DNA of 63,823 nt, the filler included, from Lenisia limosa (taxonomy: Eukaryota > Protista > Breviatea): assembly GCA_001655205.1 (NCBI GenBank). It is 14 parts of 14 records of this genome, joined end to end, with 100 filler letters (N's around TTAATTAATTAA, not from the genome) between each part and the next. Parts side by side here need not be neighbours in the genome. Positions count along the whole stretch, not along the records: positions 39,963 to 42,728 come from LPNZ01006689.1; positions 42,829 to 43,988 come from LPNZ01008220.1; positions 44,089 to 48,209 come from LPNZ01008202.1; positions 48,310 to 51,821 come from LPNZ01011368.1; positions 51,922 to 57,058 come from LPNZ01008677.1; 9 more parts are not named here. One strand, given 5' to 3'. The notes beneath the pieces are model-generated. The model had not been told where the DNA came from and searched no databases. It saw nothing but the letters and a program-made list of their open reading frames with translations. The position numbers were made by a program, and so were the translations under genes. Below, in pieces: positions 41,095 to 51,938 of this stretch; the stretch's first letter is position 1, and the number at the start of each line of letters is the position of its first letter.

Positions 41095-42662
41095 CTGCGG
41101 AACCACTCCTTTCAAAAAGCCCTTATGGAGATGAAGTAGAAGATCAACACCCCGAAGAAGAGCCTGTTGTATGCTACCGCTCCCCTTAGGCTTCACTTTG
41201 GTTCGGGAAAATATCGATAGTTTTCGAGGATTTATCGAGAAATTAAGTCTTTTTCGAAGTGAAACTTACCTTTGTTCTTAAAGTAGCCAGAGATAATTGA
41301 GCAAATAGTAATATCCATAGTCACTCCAGAGTTACGCTGACATTCCCATCATCACTCCAGGTTTATGCTGAAATCCCTACTTATCCCCATAAGCCAAAAG
41401 TGGCCTTCCACAGTGTCCCACTTTTTGAAGGTTTGTCCATCATCTTTATCATCATCAATACTGCTTTGAGAAGGTTTGTCTGTGCGTGCAATATTGACAC
41501 TAATTTCAAATTTGTAAATGAAAGATACAATAGTTTCGATTTTTTTCACGAAGCCCTAGTTTTTTTTTTTGCTTCGTCATCCGTTTACACCCCATCTAGC
41601 TTTGCCGCCTTCCACACTCGCGTCAAAATCCCATCGAAATAAGCTTGTTGCTAAGTCCCTGAAATCCGAAGTGGGGGTATCTGTCACCATCATCACCATC
41701 ATCAACAGCAAACTCACCATCATCATCAATAACAACATCATCATCACCATCATCATTATCATCACATAAATAACATCATCAACAACAATAACAACAACAT
41801 CACATCTTCATCGTCACTTGTGGATATGAAAGTATTTTTTCATTTACACATCACAGGCCCTGGCGTTTTCCAGCGACCAAATACCAATACCCGTACCTTC
41901 AGCGACACTCGTAAAAAGGCAATGTAAGTGGGTTTTTCTTCGGTTCCAATAATGTTTATTTTTTATTTTTTCATTTTTTTTTCAAAAAAAAAACATGTAT
42001 TGCATGCAAGACAAGAAAGGGAAACAAAAACACAGTAGGACCATATGTTCCTAAGGGATTGAGTATTCCACATACTATACCTATCAGTAATATAAATATG
42101 TTCCCAATGTATACTGAAGCTGGGGAAGCGTTGAAAAAGTCTTGTCGATTATCCCATCTCCATAATCGATGAATCGATATTTCTCTTTTGTACGCGAACC
42201 ATGTTGCTAAATAGTAACGGTAGGGGAATTAGTCGAGTGTATTTTCTTCTTTTTCTTTTTTCTTTTTCTTTGTTGTACTTTTTTCATCATTTTTTTTTCC
42301 AAATATAACAGGCGGAGGAAAAAAGAAAAGACAATGATTAAGACTTGCCAAATAAGGAAGGTTCGACCAATCACCCTACCGTTCGACTAATTAGCAACAT
42401 GGCCCAGATGAGTGTTTTTTTGTGGTTCTTTGCCGGGGTAGATCCCCTTTTTGTTTCATAAATTGTCCAGGTTACCGTTGATTTGGACTTTTTTGTTTAA
42501 TAAATTTCCAATTTTACGTGTTGTGTCAGCCAACGGCTTTTTTTGTTTATTAATATTACAATTTTGCTCCCCCCCTCCCCCCTTCCAGCCTTTACTCACA
42601 TTTCAGCCGATACTCTTCCGCCATTGACTGTGAGAAAGTCCGCAGCGGAGTCTGTTTTTAAG
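41095..42662 (+). CDS. Hypothetical multi-exon protein fragment
   Basis: AAEPLLSKSPYGDEVEDQHPEEEPV|VYAEIPTYPHKPKVAFHSVPLFE|ALPPSTLASKSHRNKLVAKSLKSE|ALAFSSDQ... plus AFTHISADTLPPLTVRKSAAESVFK, with canonical splice sites. Confidence 0.5.
41187..41268. mobile_element. Family A MITE (A1), intronic, right end eroded
   Basis: TAGGCTTCACTTTGGTTC, inverted core, GAAGTGAAAC. Confidence 0.75.
41690..41810. repeat. (ATC/AAC)n microsatellite, probably intronic; (TTTC)n also at ~575-620
   Basis: All three plus-strand frames contain a stop within the tract, and it follows a gaa|gtggggg donor. Confidence 0.8.
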
Positions 42663-43027
42663 GTGGGGGTGAAAGTAGATAATGGTGTGTCTCTCTGTGT
42701 GTCTGTGTCTGTGATATGTAATAGTATANNNNNNNNNNNNNNNNNNNNNNNNNNNNNNNNNNNNNNNNNNNNTTAATTAATTAANNNNNNNNNNNNNNNN
42801 NNNNNNNNNNNNNNNNNNNNNNNNNNNNATATATATATATATATATATATATAGTATATCATATGCTATATTTCAGTGAAAAACTAACAAGACACTCCTC
42901 TCATATCTATACAGCAGTATCGCGTTGTATGTTTAACGTCTTATAAAATTACTTAAATTACTTAAATTAACTTCCAAAGCAACCCCCCCCCCCGCAACCG
43001 CTTAAGAAGCACACACGTCTGTCTGAG

Positions 43028-43750
43028 GGGTTCCCAGACATTGTTGGTTTCCTCGCTCCTTCTGCGGACCTCCAACAGATCAGCCATGATGCTAACCAAA
43101 CCCTCGTAGTCGCCGGGGAGAATGTCTCGTTTCAGCCTGCGGGGGGGGGGGNNNNNNNNNNNNNNNNNNNNNNNNNNNNNNNNNNNNNNNNNNNNNNNNN
43201 NNNNNNNNNNNNNNNNNNNNNNNNNNNNNNNNNNNNNNNNNNNNNNNNNNNNNNNTTAGATAAATAACAAAAACCGTTAATAATACAGTGACAACAAGTA
43301 AATAGGAGATCAACAATAGGTTTATATACACAATAAAACAATGCCAATGATACAAGTGAAATAACTCCGTGAATTCAAGGTCATTGTTGTTCAAATATTC
43401 AAGGACACTGCTACTCAAATATTCAAGGACAATGCTATTCGAATATTCAAGGACAATGCTATTCAAATATTCAAGGACAATGCTATTCAAATATTCAAGG
43501 ACACTGCTATTCAAATATTCAAGGACAATGCTATTCGAATATTCAAGGACAATGCTATTCAAATATTCAAGGACAATGCTATTCAAATATTCAAGGACAC
43601 TGCTATTCAAATATATTTTTCAGTTACTGCTGGAATATACTGTATATGTATTTATAACTCAAATAACCCTGTGCAGACCTATCGCGGATGTCCTCCATGA
43701 AGCTGCGAAGGTTCTCAAGAGTGGATGTGACCTGCACCGTCATTCCGATT
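43028..43750 (+). CDS. Hypothetical protein fragment (two exons flanking a minisatellite)
   Basis: Exons GFPDIVGFLAPSADLQQISHDANQTLVVAGENVSFQP and PIADVLHEAAKVLKSGCDLHRHSDL. Confidence 0.4.
43385..43615. repeat. 24-bp minisatellite (TATTCAAATATTCAAGGACAATGC) x9 with a 4-unit higher-order period
   Basis: The CAC-TGC variant occurs in units 1, 5 and 9 and the CGAAT variant in units 3 and 7. Confidence 0.9.
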
Positions 43751-44748
43751 TGTAGTTAATTGAAGGGGGAAAGAAAGATGAGATGAGGATGACTGAAACA
43801 CAGTAATGAATCAGCAAAGCTTCGAAGGAAAGATCTAGATTATCCCCGAAAGCATAGTCTTCAAGAATTCCCCCTAACCTTATCGTGGAGATGCTGGGTG
43901 AATGCGTATGACCACTTCAACACGGCGTTTGACAGGCTTTGGCGTGACGGTCTAGCGTCAAGTTCCAGCCACCCTCCGAAACTGAGTGNNNNNNNNNNNN
44001 NNNNNNNNNNNNNNNNNNNNNNNNNNNNNNNNTTAATTAATTAANNNNNNNNNNNNNNNNNNNNNNNNNNNNNNNNNNNNNNNNNNNNCTCCCCCCCCCC
44101 TCCCCCACTCCGCCCGTGGTCACATTTTATTCTTCTATTTGTTCTCTTCTGTTGAAGCAGGACTTTGTTGTAAAGTTGACTACTGTTTCAAGTGACCATG
44201 ATGGTGTTTCGTCGATAAAGAAGAAGGCTGGCACCTGCACCTACTTGTCACGCTTCAAGACGCTTCCCCCGACATATGGTCCTAATGTGTATTTGTTTAC
44301 CTTGTCTTGTATTCAATACAATGTTTTAACCCCCCCCCACTGGTGATGTCGGTCGATCACTTGGATCTGCACGCGATACCTATCAAAGTCATTTATGGGA
44401 AGAAAAAGGTGATGTGGGGGAAAAAGGGTCACTCCTCCTCCCTTTATTCTTCTTTCTGATCGATTCACCCCCCCCCCCCCCCCNNNNNNNNNNNNNNNNN
44501 NNNNNNNNNNNNNNNNNNNNNNNNNNNNNNNNNNNNNNNNNNNNNNNNNNNNNNNNNNNNNNNNNNNNNNNNNNNNNNNNNNNNNNNNNNNNNNNNNNNN
44601 NNNNNNNNNNNNNNNNNNNNNNNNNNNAGGTCAAAAAAATGAAATATTTACGAAACAAAACCAGAATCAACTCCAGTTAGATAATTATATGGAAACAAAG
44701 AAGGGCAAAAAATAAAACAAATCGTGAAAACGATATCATACTTACAAC

Positions 44749-44846
44749 TAGGGCTTCACTTCGGTTCGAAAAAAGACTGATTTCTCAATATATCCTCGAA
44801 AACTATCGATATTATCCCTTGTTTTTTGAACCGAAGTGAAGCCCTA
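44749..44846. mobile_element. Family A hAT-type MITE, A1 subtype
   Basis: Perfect 19-bp TIR TAGGGCTTCACTTCGGTTC; flanks CTTACAAC / CATACAAC (7/8). Confidence 0.9.
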
Positions 44847-44859
44847 CATACAACACTCC

Positions 44860-47810
44860 CCCCTCCAACCTGACGATGAAGAAGCTGACGATGATTGCGA
44901 TGAGCATGCTGGAGGTGGAGTATAGAATGTACTTCTGACTCAAGTCGTCGACAAGGGTCTGATAGTCGCCAACAAGGACCTGAGGAGTAAAATGGGTAAA
45001 TTTTTGAAAAAAAAAAAAAAAAAAGCCCAAATGGACAATAAAATGGGGAATGGGGGTAAAAGACGGGAATACTACTTGCAACTAGTTTTTTTTTGTTATC
45101 TATGGAAACAAAAATAGACATAGGGATACCATAAACAATTACCATGTTCCGCGGTTGAGGGTGGCAGGTGGGAAATTAAGGGCTGGCTCTAACCCTCCTC
45201 AATCATTCACTATTCCCCCACGCACACAACAACAAAAAAAAAAAACAAATAAAAAACAAAAAAAAACATAAGTCACACCCCCCCACCTTGAACTCAGGTT
45301 CCAAGATGTTGCCTCCAACAAGCCACACGTATTTCATTTTGTCCGCTGCCTGATCCGGGTTATTGGCAACTTCCGCGACCTGAGAGGGTTAAAGTATAAT
45401 ATATCATATATAAATGAGAAATAAAAAACAAGGTTATATATCTGGCCGAAGTTGTCCATACCATTACGCTTATAATTATATAGCAATGATAATAAAAACC
45501 CAGGTTGCATTTCGCCGAAGCCGTTAAAATAAATAGAGTGTTCTTGCTTGACCATGCATACTTTTCACATACATAGTTTAATCACATATCCTATCGATCG
45601 ATATACAACATATTATAATATATATCCAATATCATATAGGAAATACAGCGACCGGGTTAAGCTTTGACCTGTTTTCCTGGGAAATCACAGAGCAAATCGG
45701 TCAAGACTTATCCCGGTCACTGTACATACATATGTCTATACACCCCCCACCTCCTGCAACCAGGATCTGAACACGGCGTCCAACGATACCAGCGACGACT
45801 CACTCGAACAGATCTCTCCACTCGCACTGAGAGGAGGGGGGGGGGGNNNNNNNNNNNNNNNNNNNNNNNNNNNNNNNNTTGGAAAGTAACACACAAGGGT
45901 TGATAAAACAAAGCCCAGTCCAGATACTGTTTTTGAATGGAAAACAAAAAGCGGGAAACAATATGCAAAGTTTCATAAGACATCTTATTATTTGAAAGCC
46001 CCTACCCAATCCATATATAATATGGTATAGAATTGGAGATAGAAACGACTCATTCATTTTTATATAGTATTCCTTTTTATATAGTATTCCTTTTTGGGCT
46101 TCCCTATTGTCCCAGAAAAAGACTGAATTTCTCAATACATCCTCGATAAATATCGATATTTTCACGGTCTTTTTTGGAATGTAAGGAAGCCCTAATTCCA
46201 ATTTTACCCCCCCCCCCACGNNNNNNNNNNNNNNNNNNNNNNNNNNNNNNNNNNNNNNNNNNNNNNNNNNNNNNNNNNNNNNNNNNNNNNNNNNNNNNNN
46301 NNGCTGTAGTCCGAGCCAGAGACAGGGTAGTTTGTTCCCAGTCGCAGGGCTTCGTCTGTCTGGAGGGTGTTACTATTATCTAATAGAGTAGAAATGCAAA
46401 ATACAGGATTGTTATTGTTTATTATGACGCCGTGCAATTAATTTTGACATTAAATGTTATGATATTTAAAGCGGGACAGGTTGTTCAAGAGATACGGGAT
46501 AGTGATACAATGAACACTTATCACTCTCATTGCTGCCCCCCCACTCCACCACTTGTCNNNNNNNNNNNNNNNNNNNNNNNNNNNNNNNNNNNNNNNNNNN
46601 NNNNNNNNNNNNNNNNNNNNNNNNNNNNNNNNNNNNNNNNNNNNNNNNNNNNNNNNNNNNNNNNNNNNNNNNNNNNNNNNNNNNNNNNNNNNTTGCAACC
46701 CTATCTACTTGGGATTCCCACGTAGTATTTTGCGAATCCTATAAATTTCTTCGGATTTCAATAAATACTTACTTGGGATTCCCATGTAAATAATGGGAGT
46801 ACCAATTCTTCCATAAGAATCCCAAGTCAATGTACTTTTATGCAGTGTGTATACCCCAATAGGTCCTGACACGAGTGAATCGTGTCAGGACATCGCGGCA
46901 GTTTTGATATACAGTGACCGGGATAAGTCTTGACCGAATTGCTATGTGATTTCCCAAGGAAAATTGGTCAAGCCTTCTATATGTATACTAGACATACGCT
47001 GCCCCATCCTTACTTGCTTGATGAGTTGGATGTTCTGCTGTACTTTGTTGTAGATCTGAACCCTCGTTGCCTGAAAGAATCAGGGGTAAACGGGACGTTC
47101 CGGAGACTCAGAGTAACCAGGGGCAATAAAGGGATGGGAGGGGGGGAGGTAAAGCTAAGGAAATTTCGATGAAGAATATTGGCATTAAAAACCAGGGTAA
47201 AAGAGATACAGAAGCATAACCCAATTGAAGCATCTTACCACCACCCCATTACAAATCTTCTCTGTCTCCCCCACCATTGAAGTATCCAGGGCGCTGCTAC
47301 TGGAGTAGTACACAAACTCCCGTGTTAACAGGCGTAATTTAGAGGCCAAACGGAGACGTTCGCTGCTCAAATGCGTATATCGCGTGCCCTCAGTCATGTC
47401 CTGCCGTAAAATTATTATAGTTGGGTTGTTAAATTAATAATGAGGGGGGGGGGGGGNNNNNNNNNNNNNNNNNNNNNNNNNNNNNNNNNNNNNNNNNNNN
47501 NNNNNNNNNNNNNNNNNNNNNNNNNNNNNNNNNNNNNNNNNNNNNNNNNNNNNNNNNTGGCTCTAAGCAGCCATAATGAAATGTAGTACCAAGAGCTTCA
47601 CATCGGTTCGAAAAAGAGAGGTAAAATATCGATAGTTTTCGAGAAATTTTCGAGAAATTCAGTCTTTGTTTTGGGACCGTTGGGAAGCCCTAGCTATACC
47701 CCCCCCCCCCAAACATCGAGCATCACCCAGCCGATTGCACAGATCAGAACGGCAAAGACCACGATTATGAAGAGAGCGACTACGTATCTTCGACTCAGGC
47801 GTTTCTGCCG
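44860..47810 (-). CDS. Membrane protein with a TM - helical extracellular domain - TM module (receptor/sensor-like)
   Basis: KRLSRRYVVALFIIVVFAVLICAIGWVMLD|DMTEGTRYTHLSSERLRLASKLRLLTREF...|ATRVQIYNKVQQNIQLIKQ...SLDAVFRSWLQE|VAEVANN...|VLVGDYQTLVDDLSQKYILYSTSSMLIAIIVSFFIV. Confidence 0.55.
45646..45722. mobile_element. Family E Tc1/mariner-type MITE; other copies at 3335-3418, 38212-38266, 46912-46975, 47882-47942; variant E2 at 9940-10016, 46860-46895, 49122-49190
   Basis: Consensus TIR CAGTGACCGGGATAAGTCTTGACC, flanked by TA on both sides at 45646-45722 and 38212-38266. Confidence 0.75.
46094..46194. mobile_element. Family A MITE (A2)
   Basis: GGGCTTCCCTATTGTCC...GGAATGTAAGGAAGCCCTA; flanks ATTCCTTT / ATTCCAAT (6/8). 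Confidence 0.8.
47591..47692. mobile_element. Family A MITE with an A1 left end and an A2 right end (hybrid)
   Basis: Left GCTTCACATCGGTTC, right GGACCGTTGGGAAGCCCTA. Confidence 0.75.
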
Positions 47811-48875
47811 AGATTAGTGGAATATGGGGTTGGTGGAAATGAGATTCCTAAGTCGAAGGTGACCACGGAGAGTGACGAAAACAGTGACCGGTATAAGTCT
47901 TGACCGATTTTTCTTGGTAAATCAACGTATCCCGGGTCAGTGTAGGTCTTTTTGACCAGGTACTAAAAACTAACAACTTATATATTACTACCCCTTGTAT
48001 TACATTTGTTACTCCATGCAATAGCCAAGTCAATCATGTCAGGACTTATCGCGGTCAGTATGCACAATGTAAACAGGATAGTCTCCCACCAAGAGGGGTG
48101 AAGAGTAGGTCTTTTTGACCAAGTATTCGGGCTCGTTTTCCTCCTCTACATCGACGGTGTTGGATTTGAAGACCTTGCTCCAGAACCCCTTGGTGCGGGG
48201 GGCTTCAACNNNNNNNNNNNNNNNNNNNNNNNNNNNNNNNNNNNNNNNNNNNNTTAATTAATTAANNNNNNNNNNNNNNNNNNNNNNNNNNNNNNNNNNN
48301 NNNNNNNNNGCTTGAAGTTAACACCTTGTATAGGCCATTGCAAGTGTTTTTTGAAAAAATGCTTCGACATAGAGAAATGGACCTCCTAATGTTCCCCAGC
48401 TTGTTTTTTCAATTTTGAGCAAATGTCAAAAATCCGTGAATTTGGTCTCCCGGGGGTCCNNNNNNNNNNAAAAAAATTTGTACCCCTCGGAGTAATTGGG
48501 TCCGGGTTCCCATTTGCTTTGGCTATGTAATNNNNNNNNNNCTTCCCGGATAGTTGCCATTTATTCCTTGAATGTGGCTTTTTATAACGGTTTTGGCTTG
48601 TTTTTGACCGTTTTTGGACCGTAAATAGAGAGCTTAGGGACTTAATTTGGTTTTGACCCGATAATATGTTAAATTGGGGTTTCATTATTTGATTACTTTC
48701 AAAAACAGAAGGGAAATAGGGTTTCTGAGTGGTTTATGATGATTTAGTATGGAAAACTCAAGCTGTCCGGGAGTTTTAATGTCTCCGGGAATTTTGAATG
48801 ATGTCCGGAGCTTTGACTATACATATATATATATATATATACTAGGTTATAAAAAACCCAAGTAAACCCCCACCT

Positions 48876-51694
48876 CCACGACTCCCCTGCTTCTTCTTGC
48901 GTCTTTTTGGCCTAATCAGGGCCTGTACGATTGTCTCCTGCTGCTGTTGATCTTTGGGCAGAAGAGAGTCGCGTGGGGAGCTGCAGGGGGGGGGTAAAAT
49001 AGGAAAATTTATGAAACAAAAAAGCCCAAAATCAACTCCGTTAGATGACAACATAAGAGAGTTAAGAAAAAGTGAACAAGGTGGAGGGGCGAATACCCAT
49101 CGCTAAGTACTGTTAATATGATATACAACGATCGCTAAGTCCTGACACGATTGACTTAAGATAAAGCTCAATATCCGTGTCAGGACTTTGTCTGCGTATG
49201 GTGAGTAATGCAAATCAAGTGTCCCCCCCATAATCCCCCTACCTCCATCTTGAAGACACCGAGTGGTCGAAATCATTTGGAAGTTGACTCGGAATTTGGC
49301 AGGACGGTCGAGCAGTGAGGGCGGCAGTGAAAGCTGGTTCATCGTCTGTCCAGGGTTCNNNNNNNNNNNNNNNNNNNNNNNNNNNNNNNNNNNNNNNNNN
49401 NNNNNNNNNNNNNNNNNNNNNNNNNNNNNNNNNNNNNNNNNNNNNNNNNNNNNNNNNNNNNNNNNNNNNNNNNNNNNNNNNNNNNNNNNNNNNNNNNNNN
49501 NCAACTCTGTTGGCTAGAAATACTAACAACATCGCTCCATACATCCATATATTACACACACATATGCAAATACATATCATATCATATAATATACACAAAC
49601 ACATACACTATAATTTCAAAAAAGCACTCGCGTTTTCGGTTGTGCTTGCGTTTTTGGGTGATCACCTATATGATATACAAGGGTACTAATACCCCCCCCC
49701 CCCAAAGGNNNNNNNNNNNNNNNNNNNNNNNNNNNNNNNNNNNNNNNNNNNNNNNNNNNNTGAGATAAAACTACCACCTCATTGAACAGTCGTTCAAAAA
49801 TCCGAGTTGCAATACCCAGCAAACCAAGGCTGAGAACGGAGGCCTGGTCTCTTGATGACAGACGGTGGATTGATGAGAAGGAATGTGTTCGTTCTTTGAG
49901 ATGAGATATTAACGTGTTGGACAATCGGGATGGAAAAAAAGGTATGGAAAAGTCATGAAACAAAAATAACTAATGAAACAAAAATACCTAATGAAACAAA
50001 AATAACTAATAACAATCAAATAATTTCAAAAGAAAAATAAAAGAGAAAACAAATGAGCAAACAATAAAGTTACAATAAAGTAAATAAAGCAAACAAACAG
50101 CTAAAAAAAACAAAAAAAAAAAAACCAAAAAAAAACNNNNNNNNNNNNNNNNNNNNNNNNNNNNNNNNNNNNNNNNNNNNNNNNNNNNNNNNNNNATCAA
50201 AAACATAGCAAACCGCCACCCACCCAAAAGTGAAGCAGTCGACAGTTGCGTCCGTGCCGGGGGGAGGTCCCAGTCTTCCTCCTCCAGGGAGCTCTCAGAT
50301 TTGGCTCTACGGAGCCTCTTCTGCTTCTTTCGCCGTTTTTGGACTTTAAGGCCCTCGGGCATATCGGTTCGATCCCCCGTAATCCCTGTTTTTTTAAGAA
50401 TAAAGCAACCCCGACCTTCAAAAAACGGCAGGTAGCGTCCCAAAACCAACCTAATAAGGCAAGTGACTCCACATTAGGCTGGGTTTTTTCAGAAAAGTCC
50501 GGGCCACCCTCCACGCCTTTCCATACGCCATCGCCAGATCGCCAGCCTGTTACGAATTCCGTGCTGATTGTACTGAATCGCCGCCTTTGCTGAAGGAGGT
50601 GAATGGGTTAAACGGGAAGAGAATGTGTGAGTGTATATCATATATGTGTGTGATGGGGGAAGGGGGTAAAATTGGAAAATAAATGAAACAAAAAAGCTCA
50701 AAATCAACTCTGTTGGCTGACAACACACGAGAGTTAATAACAAAAAAACAAAGGGAGCGAAGGCTATATATTGGAGTTGACAGAGAATAAAGAGGGATGG
50801 AATAAGGATGAAGCGACGTTACCCCCTCCCCCCACGTTTCTATTTCTGTGTACAGACGAGGCTTCATGGAAGGACAGGTTGTTAGTTAACTTCGGTAAAG
50901 TTAGCTCGTCGTCTGTAAATTCGGATACGGAATAGCCTAAAATCGATCAGTACGTGGGGGTCCAAAGTACCGGAAATATATCATATATGAATATAGCAAT
51001 GAGAAATAAAAAAAAATAAGGCTGTATCTGGCCGAAGCCGTCCACACCATAACGCTTATAAGAGGTATTGGATTATAGAATAATATTAGTTCAGCCAATC
51101 ATTTGCCTAGCAATTCTGTGCACACAGCTTTCTGCGTGCCTCCCCAGAATACCGAAAATTTAGGTATAATGTAAAAAACAAAAACAACAAAAGATAGGTC
51201 CTAATCAGAGCTTCCCTTTCGGTTCCAAAAAAGTCGGAATTCTCGATAAATTCTCGATATTTTGTCACTCTGTTGGAACCGAAAGTGAAACTTAAGTCCT
51301 CATATCAGTAGGATCCGGCGATCTTTCACCCAAATAAAAGCAAAACAACCAGAAGTGGAAGAAGAGGCAAGTCCACCAGAAGAAGAAGAGGCAAATTCAC
51401 CATAAGAAGAAGAGGCAAGCCTCCAGAAGAAGAAAAGACAAGCCTACCAGAAGAAGAAGAGACAACCCCACCAGAAGAGGAAGAGGTAAGCCTACCGGAA
51501 GAAGAAGAGGCAAGTCTGCCAAAAGAAGAAAAGACAAGCCTACCAGAAGCAGAAGAGACAAGCCTACCAGAAGAAGAAGAAGAGTCACTGTCAATAGACC
51601 CGCGATAAGTCAAGTCAATGTCGTCATCGACACGGAATTCGGATAAGTCCAAGGGGCCGAGTCGACGCGCTTCCTCCTCCACTGCTTTCATAAT
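48876..51694 (-). CDS. Hypothetical low-complexity multi-exon protein fragment
   Basis: Exons IMKAVEEEARRLGPLDLSEFRVDDDIDLTYRGSIDSDSSSS, AKAAIQYNQHGIRNRLAIWRW and SPRDSLLPKDQQQQETIVQALIRPKRRKKKQGSRG, each with a canonical acceptor. May be more than one gene. Confidence 0.45.
50990..51130 (+). repeat. Family C interspersed repeat; also ~255-385, 33272-33319, 45410-45485, 53275-53327 (minus), partial 32615-32650
   Basis: Shared TAGCAATGAGAAATAAAAAAATAAGG.T.TATCTGGCCGAAGCCGTCCACACCAT...TTGGATTATAG...CCAATCATTTGCCTA. Confidence 0.75.
51206..51295. mobile_element. Family A hAT-type MITE
   Basis: Degenerate TIRs; flanks GTCCTAAT / GTCCTCAT (7/8). Confidence 0.8.
51350..51590 (-). repeat. 24-bp tandem repeat (TCTTCTTCTTCTGGTAGGCTTGTC-like) x9-10
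   Basis: Reads SSSSGRLV-type repeats, then shifts frame at a 23-bp unit near 51420. Confidence 0.85.
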
Positions 51695-51821
51695 CTGTAG
51701 GGGAAGGGGGGTAAAATTGGAATATTTATGAAACAAAAAACCCAAAATCAATTATGTTGGCTGACAACACACGAGGGTTAATACAAAAAAACAAACAAAG
51801 CCCAGGCGTCGCTTCTGCAGC
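51695..51821 (-). mobile_element. Family B, longest copy, ending at an acceptor; other copies at 8386-8505(+), 42515-42588(+), 44980-45040(-), 45880-45915(-), 48981-49070(-), 49502-49530(-), 50660-50745(-), 55435-55500(-), 56290-56356(+)
   Basis: GCTGCAGAAGCGACGCCTGGGCTTTGTTT...TAACCCTCGTGTGTTGTCAGCCAACATAATTGATTTTGGG...TTCCAATTTTACCCCCCTTCCCCTACAG|exon. Confidence 0.8.
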
Positions 51822-51938
51822 NNNNNNNNNNNNNNNNNNNNNNNNNNNNNNNNNNNNNNNNNNNNTTAATTAATTAANNNNNNNNNNNNNNNNNNNNNNN
51901 NNNNNNNNNNNNNNNNNNNNNTTTACCCCCCCCCCCAG

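Noticed and set aside
43092-43755. 172-aa and 128-aa repeat ORFs as proteins
   Set aside because: They arise from a stop-free 24-bp minisatellite open on both strands, between plausible exons of another frame.
44748-44847. Family A as an introner in its own right (GTAGGGC...GCCCTAG gives GT...AG on the minus strand)
   Set aside because: The GT and AG come from flanking bases, the 8-bp TSD would leave extra exonic sequence, and most copies lie inside larger introns or lack such ends.
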